The notes under the pieces were generated by a model. The model was not told where the DNA came from, made no database searches, and saw nothing but the letters and a program-made list of their open reading frames with translations. Position numbers and translations under genes: made by a program. Shown in pieces: positions 8,215 to 9,885 of a stretch of 9,885 bases of DNA. Positions within the stretch are counted from its first letter, which is position 1, and each line of letters starts with the position of its first letter. The stretch is taken from positions 1 through 9,885 of the forward strand of contig CDMY01000934.1 of NCBI GenBank assembly GCA_001179505.1, given 5' to 3'. This stretch comes from Vitrella brassicaformis CCMP3155 (taxonomy: Eukaryota > Protista > Chromerida).

Positions 8215-8994
8215 ATGACCGACCAGCTGGTCAGCTTACTGGCGAGTGAGCACCACCAGAGGCTCACTCGTTGACGGCTGGTACATCAATCACACCACAC
8301 CCCTCATCCCATCTCGGTGTTGGTGTCTGTGCTGTGCAGGTGTTTGCTCGTTGTGGTGAGTGAGTGATTGACACATAGCACACCACAATGAACCAACAGG
8401 CGGCGGCTGCAGGTGAGCCGAAGGCAGGCAGCACCACCACACACAACGGCGGATACATCCCTGCATGTGTGTGTGTGCGTGTGTGTGTGTCAGCCGCTCA
8501 AGGTGGCGGTTTGCTCGGCAGCGAGGCGGAAGCAGATGAGTCGGTTAGTCACTGCAACGAATGAAAGGCCTCCCATTAGACAAGCGTCAGCGCTTGATTG
8601 TGTTGCCTCATGTGTGTGTGTGTGTGTGTGTGCAGGTTGGTGTGCTGCGCAACATCTACGACACTCTCACTATGCTAGAGGGACTACACTCACAGGTAGG
8701 TCTCTCTCTCTCACCTGCGGCACAAACACACCACATCAGCCATTCCTTCGCTATTTGGGTGGTCTGTGTATGTGTGTGACAGGGGCCGCTAGAGGCACTC
8801 AATTACCTGGCGACGAAAGCCGAGGTGACGACCTGAGAGGGATGTCTAAGTGTGACGTGTGTGAGTGAATGCGGCATGTGCGTGTGTGTGTGCAGGAGTC
8901 GCCCATGAGAGCATCTCGAATCAAGATGGCCAACGGGAGGGGAGGCTGTACTCCCCTGAGAGAAATGATATGGGCGCAGAGGGGCTCTGTTTAG
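8215..8994 (+). CDS. Small hypothetical protein (91-93 aa), two possible first-exon choices
   Basis: Core exons 8494-8543, 8636-8695, 8783-8824, 8896-8994 are GT-AG bounded and in frame: AAQGGGLLGSEAEADES-VGVLRNIYDTLTMLEGLHSQ-GPLEALNYLATKAE-ESPMRASRIKMANGRGGCTPLREMIWAQRGSV*. Start is either ATG 8388 (exon 8388-8412, MNQQAAAA) or ATG 8215 via exons 8182-8229 and 8340-8355 (MTDQLVFARC). No family recognised. Confidence 0.6.
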
Positions 8995-9152
8995 TTCGCT
9001 ATTGGTGTGTGCATCGTATGTCGGTGTGCTGACTGTGAGTTGCTGTGCGGTCATCTGACACAGTGAGTGTCGATCATCCCTCTCTGTGTGGAGCATCTCA
9101 CAGATAGACTGACACCATCCACACTGATCCTTTGACTGACTGTGTGACGTAG

Positions 9153-9766
9153 AGTGTATTGACGATTTGTCCAAGTCAATAAGACTGCGCCCACCTCATA
9201 CTCACAATTTGGCCCATCTGTATGTTCTTTTTTCCGACTGTCCGTCTGTAAGTTATGCTTGTGAGTACAGCCCCACCCACACTGACCGAGATGGATGGGT
9301 GTGCATGTATCTCTCTCTCTGTGCCAGTGAGCGGGCTCCTGGGGCATTGCTACGTGTGTGTGGGAAGGAGAGAGGGATGGGATGGGCGCAAAGGAGTCAA
9401 AGAGAGGCGTCTGTTTGGTTCGCTATGGTGTGCATTACTGTTGTGCATCGTGTGTCCGTGTGCGGACTGCGCTGTGACGAGCGAACGAGCGGCGACTTTA
9501 CACAGTGAGTTTTGATTATCGCTATGTGCGTGCAGTGGCCGTCGAGCATTCCACAGAAAAACACCAGAGACACGGGTGAATGAATGAGATGGTACTTACG
9601 AACATTATTTAGAGACCGCAACAGATAGACCGCTTGAGAATGAATAGACTGCGGCCCTGCCGACGGACAGAGTAGGGGAAAGGCTTCTGTTTGCTTCGCA
9701 AATGGTGTGGATCGTGTGTTGGTATACTGAGTATTATCGTTTCGCTGGTGATGGAACACGGTGAGT
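9153..9766 (+). pseudogene. Exon-like fragments between the last gene and the telomere (possible degenerate or truncated gene)
   Basis: Candidate exons 9153-9219, 9328-9353 and 9536-9575 join in frame, and a consensus donor CACG|GTGAGT sits at 9761. No stop-free GT-AG link to the upstream gene was found. Confidence 0.25.
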
Positions 9767-9792
9767 GTTTATTTTCACTCACTGTGTACCAT
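9751..9792. repeat. 17-bp imperfect inverted repeat (stem-loop) abutting the telomere
   Basis: 9751-9767 ATGGAACACGGTGAGTG pairs with 9776-9792 CACTCACTGTGTACCAT: 15 Watson-Crick pairs, one G-T and one A/A mismatch, around an 8-nt loop TTTATTTT. Confidence 0.85.
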
Positions 9793-9885
9793 GGGTTTAG
9801 GGTTTAGGGGCTTAGGTTTAGGGTTTAGGGTTTAGGGTTTAGGGTTTAGGGTTTAGGGTTTAGGGTTTAGGGTTTAGGGTTTAGG
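9793..9885 (+). repeat. Telomeric repeat array (GGGTTTA)n, i.e. TTTAGGG type
   Basis: Two GGGTTTA units (9793-9806), variants GGGGCTTA (9807-9814) and GGTTTA (9815-9820), then nine perfect units (9821-9883) and GG to the end of the window. The G-rich strand runs 5'->3' toward the end, as at a true chromosome terminus. Confidence 0.97.

Noticed and set aside
8530-8824. Faint likeness of VLRNIYDTLTML...GPLEALNYL to MYCBP/Dpy-30-type docking helices
   Set aside because: Only a few shared residues with inconsistent spacing; cannot be supported without a profile search.
1-9885. Most of the 60-160 aa ORFs in the supplied track (rich in C/V/L/S or H/T/Q/D/R)
   Set aside because: They are translations of (TG)n, (CA)n, (TCTG)n, (CAGA)n and (ATGG)n intron repeats, or exon-plus-intron read-throughs, not independent genes.
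1-9885. CRISPR array, tRNA/rRNA genes, transposase or reverse transcriptase, dinoflagellate spliced-leader relic
   Set aside because: No repeat-spacer periodicity, cloverleaf, rRNA motif or mobile-element ORF seen; the isolated GGCTCAAG near 113-120 (minus strand) lacks the rest of the leader.

Overview
Eukaryotic chromosome right end: the window finishes in a TTTAGGG telomeric array (9793-9885) with the G-rich strand running outward. The supplied ORF track is mostly misleading because the genes are cut into many tiny exons by roughly 60-200 nt microsatellite-rich introns. Manual splicing gives four models. (1) A minus-strand gene of unknown function at about 691-1393 with an ambiguous 3' end, plus a further exon chain running off the left edge. 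(2) A 16-exon plus-strand HMG-box protein gene (1683-4130, 268 aa) with one GC-AG intron. (3) An 11-exon minus-strand gene (7279-5441, about 234 aa) with an N-terminal WCCC motif and a PH-like domain resembling alveolate IMC sub-compartment (ISP-type) proteins. (4) A small plus-strand gene (about 8215/8388-8994) followed by exon-like pieces running to the telomere. Telomere type, intron style and the ISP-like gene suggest an alveolate, most like a chromerid such as Vitrella (inference, no search run). The most unusual signals are mirrored inverted repeats inside many introns, a chain of back-to-back introns with 0-4 nt exons in a 5' leader, and a 17-bp stem-loop ending exactly at the first telomere repeat. 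All gene models are hand-built from splice signals and frame continuity and need RNA-seq confirmation.
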